This document shows positions 48,102-58,276 of a stretch of 64,000 nucleotides of DNA, one piece after another. The position numbers were made by a program, and so were the translations under genes. Source of the stretch: Candidatus Latescibacterota bacterium. GTDB taxonomy: Bacteria > Latescibacterota > UBA2968 > UBA8231. Each line of letters starts with the position of its first letter. Within the stretch, counting starts at the first letter, position 1. The DNA lies in contig CBDAOB010000002.1 of assembly GCA_965197905.1 (NCBI GenBank), positions 224,001-288,000 on the forward strand, read 5' to 3'. The notes under the pieces are model-generated. The model did no database searches. It saw nothing but the letters and a program-made list of their open reading frames with translations, and was not told the origin of the DNA.

Positions 48102-49609
48102 AACGAGTAGAGCTTGGCATTCTTGAGGTAGAAGCGCAGCTTGATCGGCTTGCCGGCCAGCGCACTCAAATCGGAATTGCCCTTCCACGATACGACCTGG
48201 TCGAGGCTAGACTCCGTCATCGGGTCGGCGTCGTCGAAGGTGAATCCCGCCAGCTTCTTGTAGTTTGGCCGCAGGATCTCAACCCGCACCTCTCCCGGTC
48301 CGGGCCCGGCGGCGAGTGGGGCCATGCTCGCATTCAGGTGCAGATGCGACCCCGAGAATCCGAAGGGCCGCGTCACCATCTGGCCGAACGATTCGGGTTC
48401 GTCGAAGAGGACCCGTTCGCCGAACGTCTTCTCCAGCTCGTCATCGGACCGATCGGCGACGATCCAGCCTTTGCCGCTGTCCAATGAAACGAAACCGTCG
48501 ATGCGCGACGTGGCCAGACCGATGCCTTCCCTGGACTTGTCGCCCAGCTCGAAGGCGACTTCGGGCGAGCGCATGTTGGCGCCGAGGTAATAGGTCAAAA
48601 TGCGGTCCCCGTGAACGAGCATATCCATTGGGTACAAGCTGCTCGAGTCGAAGTCTGCCAGCGCGCCGCCGCGCGGGATGAACGGCTCCCGGTAGTTCCG
48701 TGGGTAGCGAAATCCGTCGCGGCTGAACACGACTTCCGGATGATGGGTGACATTCGTGGTGTGAAAGATGAACAACTGGGCGACGTAGATCCCTTCGTAA
48801 GGAAACGTCGGCATGCTGTAGAATTCGGTGTCTGGGGCATCATCGGCATCCGGCACGATAACGATCTCGGGCTCGCTCCAATGGATCATGTCCGGGCTTT
48901 CCGCCCTGCCGACAAGGCGCTTGCCGTAGGGACCGCGCCAGTGGTGGCTGGCCTCCATCGTCGCGAAGTAGGTCTCTCGGATCGGGTCCCACTCGTGGAA
49001 CCTGCCCGACCACCGGCCCAGCTCCTTCCCGGTATCGATGACGGGATTGCCCTCGAACGGGGTCCACTCGAGGGCGTCAGGAGAATAGAAGAGGTTATAC
49101 TGCATGCCCCGTGTCGCCGTACCTCCGGTCATGCACATCGCTTTGTAGAGTTTTGCCGGGTCCTTCTCGTGGAGATCCTGAAAAGCCGGTACCGTGGGCA
49201 GGTTTTCCCTCTCCGGAAGAATGTTGTTATCCGTCGACCCCTCGAACTCCACCAGGCCCAGCGACGGCCGATCCCAATTCACCCCGTCTCGCGACGTCGC
49301 CAGGCAGGTAGCCTCGCCCGTCGAGTCCCATAGATATCCGTCGAAACCACCGCGAACAGGCTTGCCATCCTCAACGAGCACGTATCGAGTCTCCGTCGAG
49401 TACCACATCTTGAACAGTTGATCGTGCGGGTCGAAAATCACCTTCAACGGCCGCAGGCAGTTTCCCTCCCACAGCCGTTCCGGTCGCATGACGGGATTGT
49501 CATCCGCCTTGATCGCCGGGTTCATGCACTGTTTGAGCCGAATCAGGCTCTCGATCAGGTAATCGTCGAAGAGGAGTTGCTTGTTGGATCCTATCTCTAT
49601 CGCCGGCAT
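48089..49609 (-). CDS. Uncharacterised GH32/GH130-like beta-propeller protein
   Basis: KQLLFDD, CLATSRDGVNWDRP.LGLVEFEGSTDNN, EFYSM, SRIDGFVSLD, C-terminal NAKLYSFQF. Confidence 0.75.
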   Translation of the reverse strand: MPAIEIGSNKQLLFDDYLIESLIRLKQCMNPAIKADDNPVMRPERLWEGNCLRPLKVIFDPHDQLFKMWYSTETRYVLVEDGKPVRGGFDGYLWDSTGEATCLATSRDGVNWDRPSLGLVEFEGSTDNNILPERENLPTVPAFQDLHEKDPAKLYKAMCMTGGTATRGMQYNLFYSPDALEWTPFEGNPVIDTGKELGRWSGRFHEWDPIRETYFATMEASHHWRGPYGKRLVGRAESPDMIHWSEPEIVIVPDADDAPDTEFYSMPTFPYEGIYVAQLFIFHTTNVTHHPEVVFSRDGFRYPRNYREPFIPRGGALADFDSSSLYPMDMLVHGDRILTYYLGANMRSPEVAFELGDKSREGIGLATSRIDGFVSLDSGKGWIVADRSDDELEKTFGERVLFDEPESFGQMVTRPFGFSGSHLHLNASMAPLAAGPGPGEVRVEILRPNYKKLAGFTFDDADPMTESSLDQVVSWKGNSDLSALAGKPIKLRFYLKNAKLYSFQFR

Positions 49610-49689
49610 TGGTGATGATCTCCTGTTCGTTGCCTTCTGGTTACTCCCAGCCGGTCACGGAGCCGGCATGATCGACAGTGCGACGACTC

Positions 49690-50927
49690 CTAAGCCCGTG
49701 TCACGGTACCGTCAGCGCGTCGTGCTACTCCACCGGCAGATCCCGGATCTTTGAGCGGATACCGGGCCGCCAGCTGCTCATCGATGTCCACCCCCAGACC
49801 CGGCTTGCCATTCGGCCACATGTAACCACCGCGCACTTCAGGTGTTCCAGGGAACACCTCCTTCAATGTCTCATGCGTGTCCAGATAACACGAAGCCTCC
49901 TGAATGCCGAAATTCCACACATTCATATCCAGCATGAGGTTGGCCGCGTGGCCGACAGGGGAAACATCGGCGGAGCCGTGCCAGGCGGTGCGGACATTGA
50001 AGGCTTCGCACAGCGCCGCCAGCTTCCGTGCAGGAGTCAGCCCGCCCATGGTCGAAATGTGCAACCGGAGAAAGTCCAGTAGACGGTCCTTAATCATCGG
50101 AACGATCTCCTGGGGGTTGCTGTACAACTCGCCCATGGCGATCGGCGTGCTGGTCTGCTCGCGTAGGAGGCGATAGTAGTCGTTGTCCTCCGGTGCGAAA
50201 AGGTCTTCCATGAAGTATGGCTTGAATTGCTCCACGTCCTTGGCCATTGAGAGTGCTTGGATAGGCGGCATACGCGACTTGACATCGAAGAGAATCTCCG
50301 GATTGGGGCCAAAGGTGGAGCGGAACTGCTCAAAGCATGCACGATACTGCGCGCGACCGCCGTTGGCTCGAAAATGGTTCCGTCGCTTATGGACGCCTTG
50401 TTGGTGATGACGGTTGGTTCATAGTGATCTTTGTCGTGTTCCGTCAACCGACCACCCCATCCGAACTTGATGTGAAGGAAACCTCGTTCCAAGAGCATGC
50501 GGACGTGTTCCTCGTACTCTACATGGTTTTGTCCTCGAGGGATCACGTACACCGCCGCTGCCTCTCTGGACTTGCCGCCGAACAGCTCGTAAACGGGCAT
50601 CCCCGCCACCTTGCCCTTGATGTCCCATAGTGCTTGATCTACGCCGCTTAGGGCATTGTTGAGCACGGGTCCACTGCGCCAATAGGAGGACGCATAACAT
50701 GACTGCCATATATCCTCGATGTCGCTCGGGTCTTTGCCGGACAGAAAAGGCTTCAGATAATCGTCCACCGCTGCTGCAACAGCCGTCGGTCGCGTGCAGA
50801 ATGAGGCGCAGCCCACTCCGTGCAGCTCTGGCTCGTTGGTCTCCACCTTCACCACCGTGAGAGTACGAGCACCGGGTGGCTGCGTGATAATCGCCCTCAC
50901 ATCGCGAATCTTCAAATTGCTCATCAT
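49690..50927 (-). pseudogene. Enolase-superfamily acid-sugar dehydratase (RspA/ManD-like), frameshifted near 50340; may be a sequencing error
   Basis: YWRSGPVLNNALSGVDQALWDIKGK in one frame, continuing as CFEQFRSTFG..EILFDVKSR..FMED..MGE..RTAWHG..IQE..PGLG in another. Restoring one base joins the two. Confidence 0.88.
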
Positions 50928-51146
50928 AGCCCCTTGACGAGAAAAACGGGATGGCCAGCAAACGAGTTCTCATAACGTGTGGTTATCCAGTGCGAGCAGC
51001 AAGGGGACGCAGCATGACGTCGGAGTGGGCTAAGGGGTGGGACTCTCTTTCACGCAGGCGATGAAATGACGATTTTCATGCCAGCGTTCAGTGAAAGGCC
51101 CCGGTGGGCTTCACCGAGTTCGGACGGCCGATTTAAGGAAACCGCA

Positions 51147-52046
51147 ATGAAAAAAGAAAATTACGATTTCTTCAAGGCAAACGGCTACCTGTCGCTTGGA
51201 AAGATCCTGAGCGATGACGAGGTAACCCGTTTCGCGGATCTTTTCGACCGCAATCGACGGGACTTCGACCGTTTCTGGAACGACAACGGCACCTGGCAAA
51301 CCCAACACTGTGAGTCGCTCCTGACAGCGCCGGAGTTTGATGAACTGATTCGCCATCCCAAGGCCATTGAACCTCTAAAGGGCCTGATGGGCGACGAGGT
51401 CTGTTTTTCAGAGATCAGCCTGCGGCACATGGGGCCGTACGTGGGTGAGCCGCTTCCCGGAATGACGTCGTGGGAAGGGTCCGTAGGGCGACGCTGGCAT
51501 CGCGACAGTGGGGACCTCGTGTGGCCGGAACATCCGCTGCGAATCTGCTATCTCCAGATGATGGTCTACCTGGAAGATGTGGACGATACAACCCATAGCT
51601 TCGCCGTTTCGCCCCAATCGGTCGATCAGGAGATGTTTGATACGGAAGCTCAGCTTGAGTGCGGCGGCATCCACGACTATCACGGCGTTGCAGGAACAGC
51701 TATACTGTTTAACCTCTCTCGTCTACACACGGTTACCGTGCGTCCAACGCAGTCCGAACGCAAAACTGCGCAGATCTACTACGGCCACCGGCACCGCGAG
51801 TACCTCAGCGAGAGTACCTACATACCCACTCAACTATGGCGGGACCATCCCGACGAGGAAGTGCGTGGATTCTACAGCGTTCTCAATGGGAAAACCCGGG
51901 AATATTTGGAGCGTACAGCCGCCGGCGACGAGGTCCCTGTGAACGAGGTGCTGGAAATCTTGGCCGATATTGGGAAGAATGTGAACCTGCCGAGAAAATA
52001 TGGACCCCGCTGGCGTTACACTGTGCGCGGAACGAGGAGGAAATGA
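51147..52046 (+). CDS. PhyH-family Fe(II)/2-oxoglutarate dioxygenase
   Basis: FFKANGYL, WHRD, VYLEDVD, distal His in RLHT, conserved Arg. Confidence 0.85.
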   Translation: MKKENYDFFKANGYLSLGKILSDDEVTRFADLFDRNRRDFDRFWNDNGTWQTQHCESLLTAPEFDELIRHPKAIEPLKGLMGDEVCFSEISLRHMGPYVGEPLPGMTSWEGSVGRRWHRDSGDLVWPEHPLRICYLQMMVYLEDVDDTTHSFAVSPQSVDQEMFDTEAQLECGGIHDYHGVAGTAILFNLSRLHTVTVRPTQSERKTAQIYYGHRHREYLSESTYIPTQLWRDHPDEEVRGFYSVLNGKTREYLERTAAGDEVPVNEVLEILADIGKNVNLPRKYGPRWRYTVRGTRRK

Positions 52047-52053
52047 AGGAATC

Positions 52054-53640
52054 ATGGTAACGGATCCGACAACTGGGAACCCGACGACAGGGCCGCTGCT
52101 CGACTGGTGGTATGTTCACGCCGGCTACATGGGATTCAAGGACGGCACTTCGAAGTCGTGGGACGTGCCGATGGGAATTGAGATCGAGGCGCAGGAAGCG
52201 GAAAAGAGCGACCCAATACTGCTGCCCGACCGCCCATGGGAAAAAGAAGGAAGCGGGCCGGTCACCTCCTTCTACGTCAAGAGTGGTAGATACATCATCG
52301 ACTACTACACGCCCGCAGGTCTATGCCGCGCGGAAAGCGAAGATGGCTACAACTGGACCAAACCGGAGCTCGGAGCCGTCGAATTCGAGGGGTCGACGAG
52401 GAACAACATCATCACTACGAAATACGCTCGCATCTTCGAAGATCCTTCGGCGCCGGCGGAGGAGCGTTTCAAGGCGATAGGAAGCAGGTCGGGCTTCTAC
52501 GCTCGCGAACGGGACGCAGATGGCAATTACGTCGAGGTCCACCTGGACAAAGATGCGGTCGCCGGCCTGGGTGACCCGGATGTTCAAGATCAGCTGAGAC
52601 TTCAGGAGTGGCACAGGGAGAGCTTCGAGGGCGAGTGGGGGACGTTGAAAGCTTTCATGACCGGTGCCGTCTCACCTGACGGGCTCAACTGGACGGATCT
52701 GGAGGAGCCGCTACTAGAGGAGTTCGTCGATGGGGACAAAGTCGTCTTCTACGACGAGGCGCTGGGAAAGTATGTCGCCTACCTCCGTTTTCATGTGGCC
52801 GGCAGGCGCTGTGCGGGCAGGTGCGAGAGCGACGACTTCCGCACGTTCACACCGGAGCGGGTCGTGGTGATGCCAGACGCCCTCGACCCGCCTGACCTCT
52901 CTTTCTACAATCACGGCTACACCCGCTATCCGGGTCGCCACGATCTGCACCTGATGTTCCTGTCGCGGTACGTGCAGTCAGCGGCAACCAAGGACATTCA
53001 GCTCGCGGTCAGTCACGACGGCATCGACTGGGAGAGGCCGGACCGCAACAATCACCTCCTCGACAACTACGCCGAAGGAGCCGGCTACGGTAGCATGCTC
53101 TATGTCGGGCCAGGCCTGCTGGAGATGCCGGACGGACGCTACGCGGCCACCTACTGGGGCACCGCGCGCAAGTGCCTGCACGACAATCCCAACCAGCATC
53201 TGCCGGTTCGCTACGCCTTGTGGGAAAAGGATCGCCTCGCGGGAATTCGCGCCAAAGGGGACGGACGGCTGACCCTGCGGCAGGACCACTATCGCTCGCC
53301 GCCCGACTGCCCCGACTCCATCCCAGCGCCAATACACAATCGCTTTCCGCCCCTCGCCGACCCGAACGAGCCACCGAGGCAGCTGCGGCTCAACTACAAG
53401 ACGGAAACCGGTGGTTTCGTCAAGGTCGAGCTCATCACCCATATCGGGCCGAAGCCACACCTGTCCGGTTCCCTCGGTGCGATCGACGGTTACAGCTTCG
53501 AAGACTGCGACGTCCTCCAGGGAGACGAGGTGAACCGCGTCGTCTCCTGGAACGGCAACGACAATGTTGCCCGCCTGTCGGATTCCCTGGCGATTCGCAT
53601 CGAGATGTACAAAGCGACGCTTTTCGCGTTCAGTCTGTAG
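52054..53640 (+). CDS. Uncharacterised GH32/GH130-like beta-propeller protein
   Basis: AESEDGYNWTKPELG.VEFEGS.RNN, EERFKA, SPDGLNW, QLAVSHDG..W.RP, C-terminal MYKATLFAF. Confidence 0.75.
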   Translation: MVTDPTTGNPTTGPLLDWWYVHAGYMGFKDGTSKSWDVPMGIEIEAQEAEKSDPILLPDRPWEKEGSGPVTSFYVKSGRYIIDYYTPAGLCRAESEDGYNWTKPELGAVEFEGSTRNNIITTKYARIFEDPSAPAEERFKAIGSRSGFYARERDADGNYVEVHLDKDAVAGLGDPDVQDQLRLQEWHRESFEGEWGTLKAFMTGAVSPDGLNWTDLEEPLLEEFVDGDKVVFYDEALGKYVAYLRFHVAGRRCAGRCESDDFRTFTPERVVVMPDALDPPDLSFYNHGYTRYPGRHDLHLMFLSRYVQSAATKDIQLAVSHDGIDWERPDRNNHLLDNYAEGAGYGSMLYVGPGLLEMPDGRYAATYWGTARKCLHDNPNQHLPVRYALWEKDRLAGIRAKGDGRLTLRQDHYRSPPDCPDSIPAPIHNRFPPLADPNEPPRQLRLNYKTETGGFVKVELITHIGPKPHLSGSLGAIDGYSFEDCDVLQGDEVNRVVSWNGNDNVARLSDSLAIRIEMYKATLFAFSL

Positions 53641-53654
53641 GAATCTTAGCGGCG

Positions 53655-55010
53655 ATGGAATCGAAACGAACGGTCGGCGTACGCCAAGCCGAGGTCAGCG
53701 ACGTCAGGCATATCAAGATCCACCATGACGACCATCTTTACCTGTTCGCCCCGAACCGCGGTGGAATTTGGAGTTTCGGCGACGGTGAGATCGCCATCGC
53801 CTACATCGCCGTACCCATGAACTACACGGACGATCTGCCAGCGGGGTACAACCGCCACGGCGGGGGAGATCGCTCCTTTCGAGGCGCCCACGAGAAATGG
53901 GGCGGCGAGACCGGGGTGATGTTGAGCCGCTCCCTCGACTGGGGCGAGACCTGGCCCGAGAACGAACGCCAGTGGATCTGGAACAACAACCGAACGATCG
54001 ACGAAACCCTCGACTGGCTGCGCCCGCGCGACCGCGGCGAGCGCGAGGAGATCGACCTGGGTGACCCGGACTCTATCATCCACTTCTGCGAAGCCGAGAG
54101 CAGCGTGAAATTTCCGCTCGGAGGGTCGCTGAACCAGCCGAACGAGGGGATCAACTTCCACCTGGGCAAACCGAAGCACTGCGTGTCTTTCTGTGTGCGC
54201 AGCACCGACCGCGGCCGCAGCTGGGAGAAGCACGCAACGCTGTTAGACGCGCCCAGGTGGGCGCCCGGCGGCGGTTTCCTGTCGGTCAACCTCGGCCACG
54301 TCCGCTTCGACAACGGAGTGCTCGGCATCGTCGGCGGCATCTACCGGCGCAATATCTGCGCCTATTACGCCAGCTACAACAACGGGGTCAGCTTCGAGTA
54401 TGTCAGCAACGTTGCGCGGATCAGCCCGAACATAACGCCCATCGGCGGCGACATGCTTGCCGGCTACAACTACTCGGGGGTGCACAAGCTGCCGGACGGG
54501 CGATTGATGGTCTGCATGCACCAGCACTGGGGGGCAACGCCGGACTTCGAAACCCCCTGCGTCGCATTCTCCACCAACGACGGCATGACCTGGTCGGCTC
54601 CTGAATTCGTTACCACGCCTGGCACGTTTGGCGGTCCGGTCACCGGTCCGCGTGCGGAATCGGCGCCGCGCAACGAGGAGGGGATGAAAGACAACTCCCG
54701 ACAACGCTGTCCGGTGGCATTGGTCACCCGCGACGGGCGCATCATCATCTTGTTCGCGCGGCGCACGGCGGATCGAGGATGTCGTGGCATCATCGGCGTC
54801 GTCAGCGATGACCTGGGTCAGACGTGGAGCGAGGAGTTCGTAGTTCGCGGCGACGCCTACTGCTGGGATCTGGGTTATCCGGTGCTAACGGAACTTGCAG
54901 ACGGACGGATTCTCACAGCCTACTGGTGGACGGAGAAGGAGGGAGGCGAGCCAATTCCCGAGCCAGAGCTCGTCCGCTTTATCGCGGGGACGACCTTTCG
55001 GATAGATTGA
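53655..55010 (+). CDS. Sialidase-like BNR/Asp-box protein
   Basis: SLDWGETW, STDRGRSW, SYNNGVSF, STNDGMTW, SDDLGQTW; DLGYP...LADG.ILTAYW. The start is the ATG at 53655, not 53172. Confidence 0.85.
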   Translation: MESKRTVGVRQAEVSDVRHIKIHHDDHLYLFAPNRGGIWSFGDGEIAIAYIAVPMNYTDDLPAGYNRHGGGDRSFRGAHEKWGGETGVMLSRSLDWGETWPENERQWIWNNNRTIDETLDWLRPRDRGEREEIDLGDPDSIIHFCEAESSVKFPLGGSLNQPNEGINFHLGKPKHCVSFCVRSTDRGRSWEKHATLLDAPRWAPGGGFLSVNLGHVRFDNGVLGIVGGIYRRNICAYYASYNNGVSFEYVSNVARISPNITPIGGDMLAGYNYSGVHKLPDGRLMVCMHQHWGATPDFETPCVAFSTNDGMTWSAPEFVTTPGTFGGPVTGPRAESAPRNEEGMKDNSRQRCPVALVTRDGRIIILFARRTADRGCRGIIGVVSDDLGQTWSEEFVVRGDAYCWDLGYPVLTELADGRILTAYWWTEKEGGEPIPEPELVRFIAGTTFRID

Positions 55011-55058
55011 GACCCGTTCGCGCCGCCATCGTTGCGCTCACCATTGGCTTTGGTAGGT

Positions 55059-55874
55059 TCAAGCCTTCGCTAATTCGCCGACGTGCTGCTTGATCACTTC
55101 CTTCAAGTTCACACTGAGCCCCTTCTGCTTGAACGCCATGAACTCAAGGGTATCCTCTTCAAGATCGATTCCCTGGTTGCGCGCTTTTTCGAGCTCACCT
55201 TCCAGGGTTTCGCTGTAGATATCCTGCGGTGCATAGGAATACATCATCACCCGTCGATCGCGGTCCTTGGGGACCCACTTGTGGGCCGCGTGCACCAGGC
55301 GCAACGGCATGATAATCATGTCGCCGGCGTTGACGGTAACGGTGACGGCACCCTCCATGTCGAGGGGAAAGGGATTCTCCTTCGGATAGTAGAACTCGGA
55401 CTTGTGGGAACCGGGAATCACCACCAGGCCTCCATCTCCGGGCCGCACGTCGGTGAGATAGAGAAAGGCGGTGAATAAGTCGCAGAAAATCGAGCGGGTG
55501 CCGTAGCTGGCGAAGAACCCGGGCGCGTTCTCCACCCGGTAGCGGTCGATCTCCTTTTGACAGTGAAATTTGTGGTCGGTGTGCTGAGCTCCGTTTATCA
55601 TCATGGTGCCGCCGAGAAGGCGCGGCATGTTGTTCAGCAGAGGGCAGACGTAGTCGAGCATATTGGAGCAGCTGGCGATCTTTTCCAGCGTCTTGTCATA
55701 CAGCATGGCGTTGCCGTACTTGTCGCCGTAGACGGCATCCTGATAGAGACTCTGATAATCGTTTACGATGCGCTCCGAAGCCTCGAACGCCTTTTTTGTG
55801 GTCACCTCATCGATGACCTTCTCCACCTTGAGATATCCAAAGGTATCGAAGAAATACAGTTCCTCGTCTGTCAT
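55059..55874 (-). CDS. PhyH-family dioxygenase-like protein
   Basis: YFFDTFGYL, YLTDV.PGDGG..VIPGSHK, AGD, LVH, RR. Confidence 0.85.
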   Translation of the reverse strand: MTDEELYFFDTFGYLKVEKVIDEVTTKKAFEASERIVNDYQSLYQDAVYGDKYGNAMLYDKTLEKIASCSNMLDYVCPLLNNMPRLLGGTMMINGAQHTDHKFHCQKEIDRYRVENAPGFFASYGTRSIFCDLFTAFLYLTDVRPGDGGLVVIPGSHKSEFYYPKENPFPLDMEGAVTVTVNAGDMIIMPLRLVHAAHKWVPKDRDRRVMMYSYAPQDIYSETLEGELEKARNQGIDLEEDTLEFMAFKQKGLSVNLKEVIKQHVGELAKA

Positions 55875-56055
55875 GGCTCTGGTGACCTTTCACAGTTTAA
55901 CGCGGGTGGTGGTGAAGAAGCCGTGCCTTCATCGCCTGAGATGACCGGGGCACAGGAAGGCGGACCTTGTCGTGACAATCTAAACAACCGAATTATTGCG
56001 AAAAAGCTTTCCGCACCGCGCGCGAAGCCGGTGACGGATTCAAAGGAGAGAAAAT

Positions 56056-57642
56056 ATGGCAGCTGAACGAGTTCTGAGCGGGACGTGGCAAGGGTTTTAT
56101 CCGGGTGACTGGGTAAGGCCGCGAAGTAATCCCGGTACCTGGATAGCCCTCGTGGACGTCTCGGAGGTCTTTCCCGGCAACAGGTCTGTTTCTCGACAGG
56201 GCGTGTACAACCTCTACGATGCGCCCGTGGGTGTCGAGCTAAAAATCGAACAGGCCACCAGAGCGCCCATGACCTTCGAGGGCGAGGTGGAATGGGAGAG
56301 TGGTGGGCTTTCTCCAGGCGACCTTTGGTACGAAGATGGTCGCTACCACATGTTCTACCATGCCATGGGGCAGGGCACATGCTACGCCGTCAGCGATGAC
56401 TGCTACCACTGGACCCGTCCCGAGCTCGGTGAGGTGGAGTACAACGGCTCGAAGAAAAACAATCTCCACGCCAACCACCCGGAGGGAGGAATTTTTGAGG
56501 ACCCCTCAGCACCTCCGGAGGAGCGCTTCAAAGCCATGGGGGCAGGATCTGGCTGGTACGACCCAGACAACTGGGAAAAGCTCGACGAGGAAGAGGCCAA
56601 TAAGCGCTGGGACGCCATGCAGTACGAGGGGCTCGACTATAAAGGCCCCAAGGTAGTGCTGCGGGGATGGATGGTCGGCTGGACATCTCCGGATCGATTT
56701 CATGGCTGGAAGCAGATAGAGGAGCCGCTGGCCGAGTACTCGGTCAACGGGGGCATTTGCGCCGGGTACGATGAGGAAAGCGGGACCTACTTCGCCTATA
56801 TGCAGCCGCAGGGGTTTCCTCCGGAGGATCCGAAGGGCATCGGGACTGGTGTTCAGGAGGTAGAGATGGTGCGCCGGGCAAACGGCTTTTGCCGAACGAA
56901 AGACTTCCGCCACTGGCCGGGATCCAAGCTCATCATGCACCCTGATTCTCAGGACGAGCTGGACATCGCCTTCTACGCTCATAACTACTTCCCCTATCCG
57001 GGGCGCACGGACCTCCATGTCATGCTCACGCCCGTATTTCATCACATGACCGGCACGATGGATGTACAGATCGCCTTCAGCCGGGATGGGCTCATCTGGT
57101 CGCGCCCCGAACGCCGCCCCATCTTGACGGTGGGATCTCCGGGCAGTGGGCAGGAGGGCATGATCGGCGCCTCTGGCATCACGGAGCTGCCCGACGGGCA
57201 TTGGGGGGCCAAGTACTGGGGGGAATCCAGACTCCATAACGTCAAGGAAGAGTATACGGTCTCTCTTTTCCCGCAGAATCAGCCCAGAACGATGGGATGG
57301 GCTCTGTGGCAGCCGCATCGCTTCTGCGGATTCGAGGCGCAGACGGAGGGCCAGTTCACCATACCGACCATCTTTCGCCGCAACAACGAGCTGCGGCTGA
57401 ATTACCGCTGCCAGCCCGGTGGTTGGGTGAGCGTGGAACTCATGCGTTTGATGCCTTCGATGTTTCACGGAGACGTCGACCCGCTTGCCGGTTTCACCTT
57501 TGAGGAATGTGACCGGTTGCAGGGCGATTCATTTGATCAGGCCGTCACCTGGAAGGGGAACAGCGACATCTCCAGCATCGGCGAGATGGTGGCTATCCGG
57601 CTGAAGATGTTCCAGGCGAAGGTATTTGCCTATCAGGTGTGA
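56056..57642 (+). CDS. Uncharacterised GH32/GH130-like beta-propeller protein (close paralog of 29275-30876)
   Basis: Shares PGDWVRPR.NPGTW, YSVNGGIC.GYD, YFPYPGR and WKGNSDIS..GEM.AIR with 29275-30876. AAGGAG Shine-Dalgarno. Confidence 0.78.
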   Translation: MAAERVLSGTWQGFYPGDWVRPRSNPGTWIALVDVSEVFPGNRSVSRQGVYNLYDAPVGVELKIEQATRAPMTFEGEVEWESGGLSPGDLWYEDGRYHMFYHAMGQGTCYAVSDDCYHWTRPELGEVEYNGSKKNNLHANHPEGGIFEDPSAPPEERFKAMGAGSGWYDPDNWEKLDEEEANKRWDAMQYEGLDYKGPKVVLRGWMVGWTSPDRFHGWKQIEEPLAEYSVNGGICAGYDEESGTYFAYMQPQGFPPEDPKGIGTGVQEVEMVRRANGFCRTKDFRHWPGSKLIMHPDSQDELDIAFYAHNYFPYPGRTDLHVMLTPVFHHMTGTMDVQIAFSRDGLIWSRPERRPILTVGSPGSGQEGMIGASGITELPDGHWGAKYWGESRLHNVKEEYTVSLFPQNQPRTMGWALWQPHRFCGFEAQTEGQFTIPTIFRRNNELRLNYRCQPGGWVSVELMRLMPSMFHGDVDPLAGFTFEECDRLQGDSFDQAVTWKGNSDISSIGEMVAIRLKMFQAKVFAYQV

Positions 57643-57673
57643 CCAGCGCGTGAGGGATCTGCGATCTTGTTCT

Positions 57674-58276
57674 TTAGAAGTCGAGTCCCAACGATTTCAA
57701 TTCACGCTTGAGCTGCTCGGGGCTCTCAAAAGCGATTACGCTCATACCCAACATCCTTGCCGGCTCTAAGAAATGAGGTTTGTCGTCGACAAACAGGCAC
57801 TCTTGAGCGGGATGAGAGCTCTTTTCGAGTACCATTTCGTAGATCTTCGGATCTGGCTTTCGGGTCCCGGCCACATGCGAGAAGACGCCGTCCTTGAATC
57901 TGTGTCTGAAGCGGTACTTCTCCTCCAGATACTCGATTCTTTCCTGAACATTGTCTGATAGAAAGAGCATCTCGTACCCGGCCATATTGAGGCGGTCGAC
58001 CATCTCTACCGTGCCTTGAATCGGTTCATAGGCTTGAATCCACACAGGCGAGAGCCGGCTGTTCTCTGCCTCGATACCCCAATACTCCTTGGCGCCGCTC
58101 CAAAACTGATCCGCCGAAATTCCGCCGATGCGGTATGCTGTTCCGAGGTCGCCATGCAGCACGTCTGTTACTCTCTGCTCCGAAACGCCGTAGGTTGCGG
58201 TTATCTCTTTGATCGCTTTAGAGGTGCCGTCGGTGAAATAGACCCCCCCAAAATCGAGAATAACAGTTCTGATCAT
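57674..58276 (-). CDS. HAD-superfamily phosphatase (YihX-like)
   Basis: ILDFGGV, LSD, KPDP.IY, FVDD. Confidence 0.9.
   Translation of the reverse strand: MIRTVILDFGGVYFTDGTSKAIKEITATYGVSEQRVTDVLHGDLGTAYRIGGISADQFWSGAKEYWGIEAENSRLSPVWIQAYEPIQGTVEMVDRLNMAGYEMLFLSDNVQERIEYLEEKYRFRHRFKDGVFSHVAGTRKPDPKIYEMVLEKSSHPAQECLFVDDKPHFLEPARMLGMSVIAFESPEQLKRELKSLGLDF

Noticed and set aside
53172..53654. N-terminal extension of the Asp-box protein (likewise 23459-23761 for the desaturase)
   Set aside because: It overlaps the upstream gene in another frame. Downstream ATGs give normal proteins.
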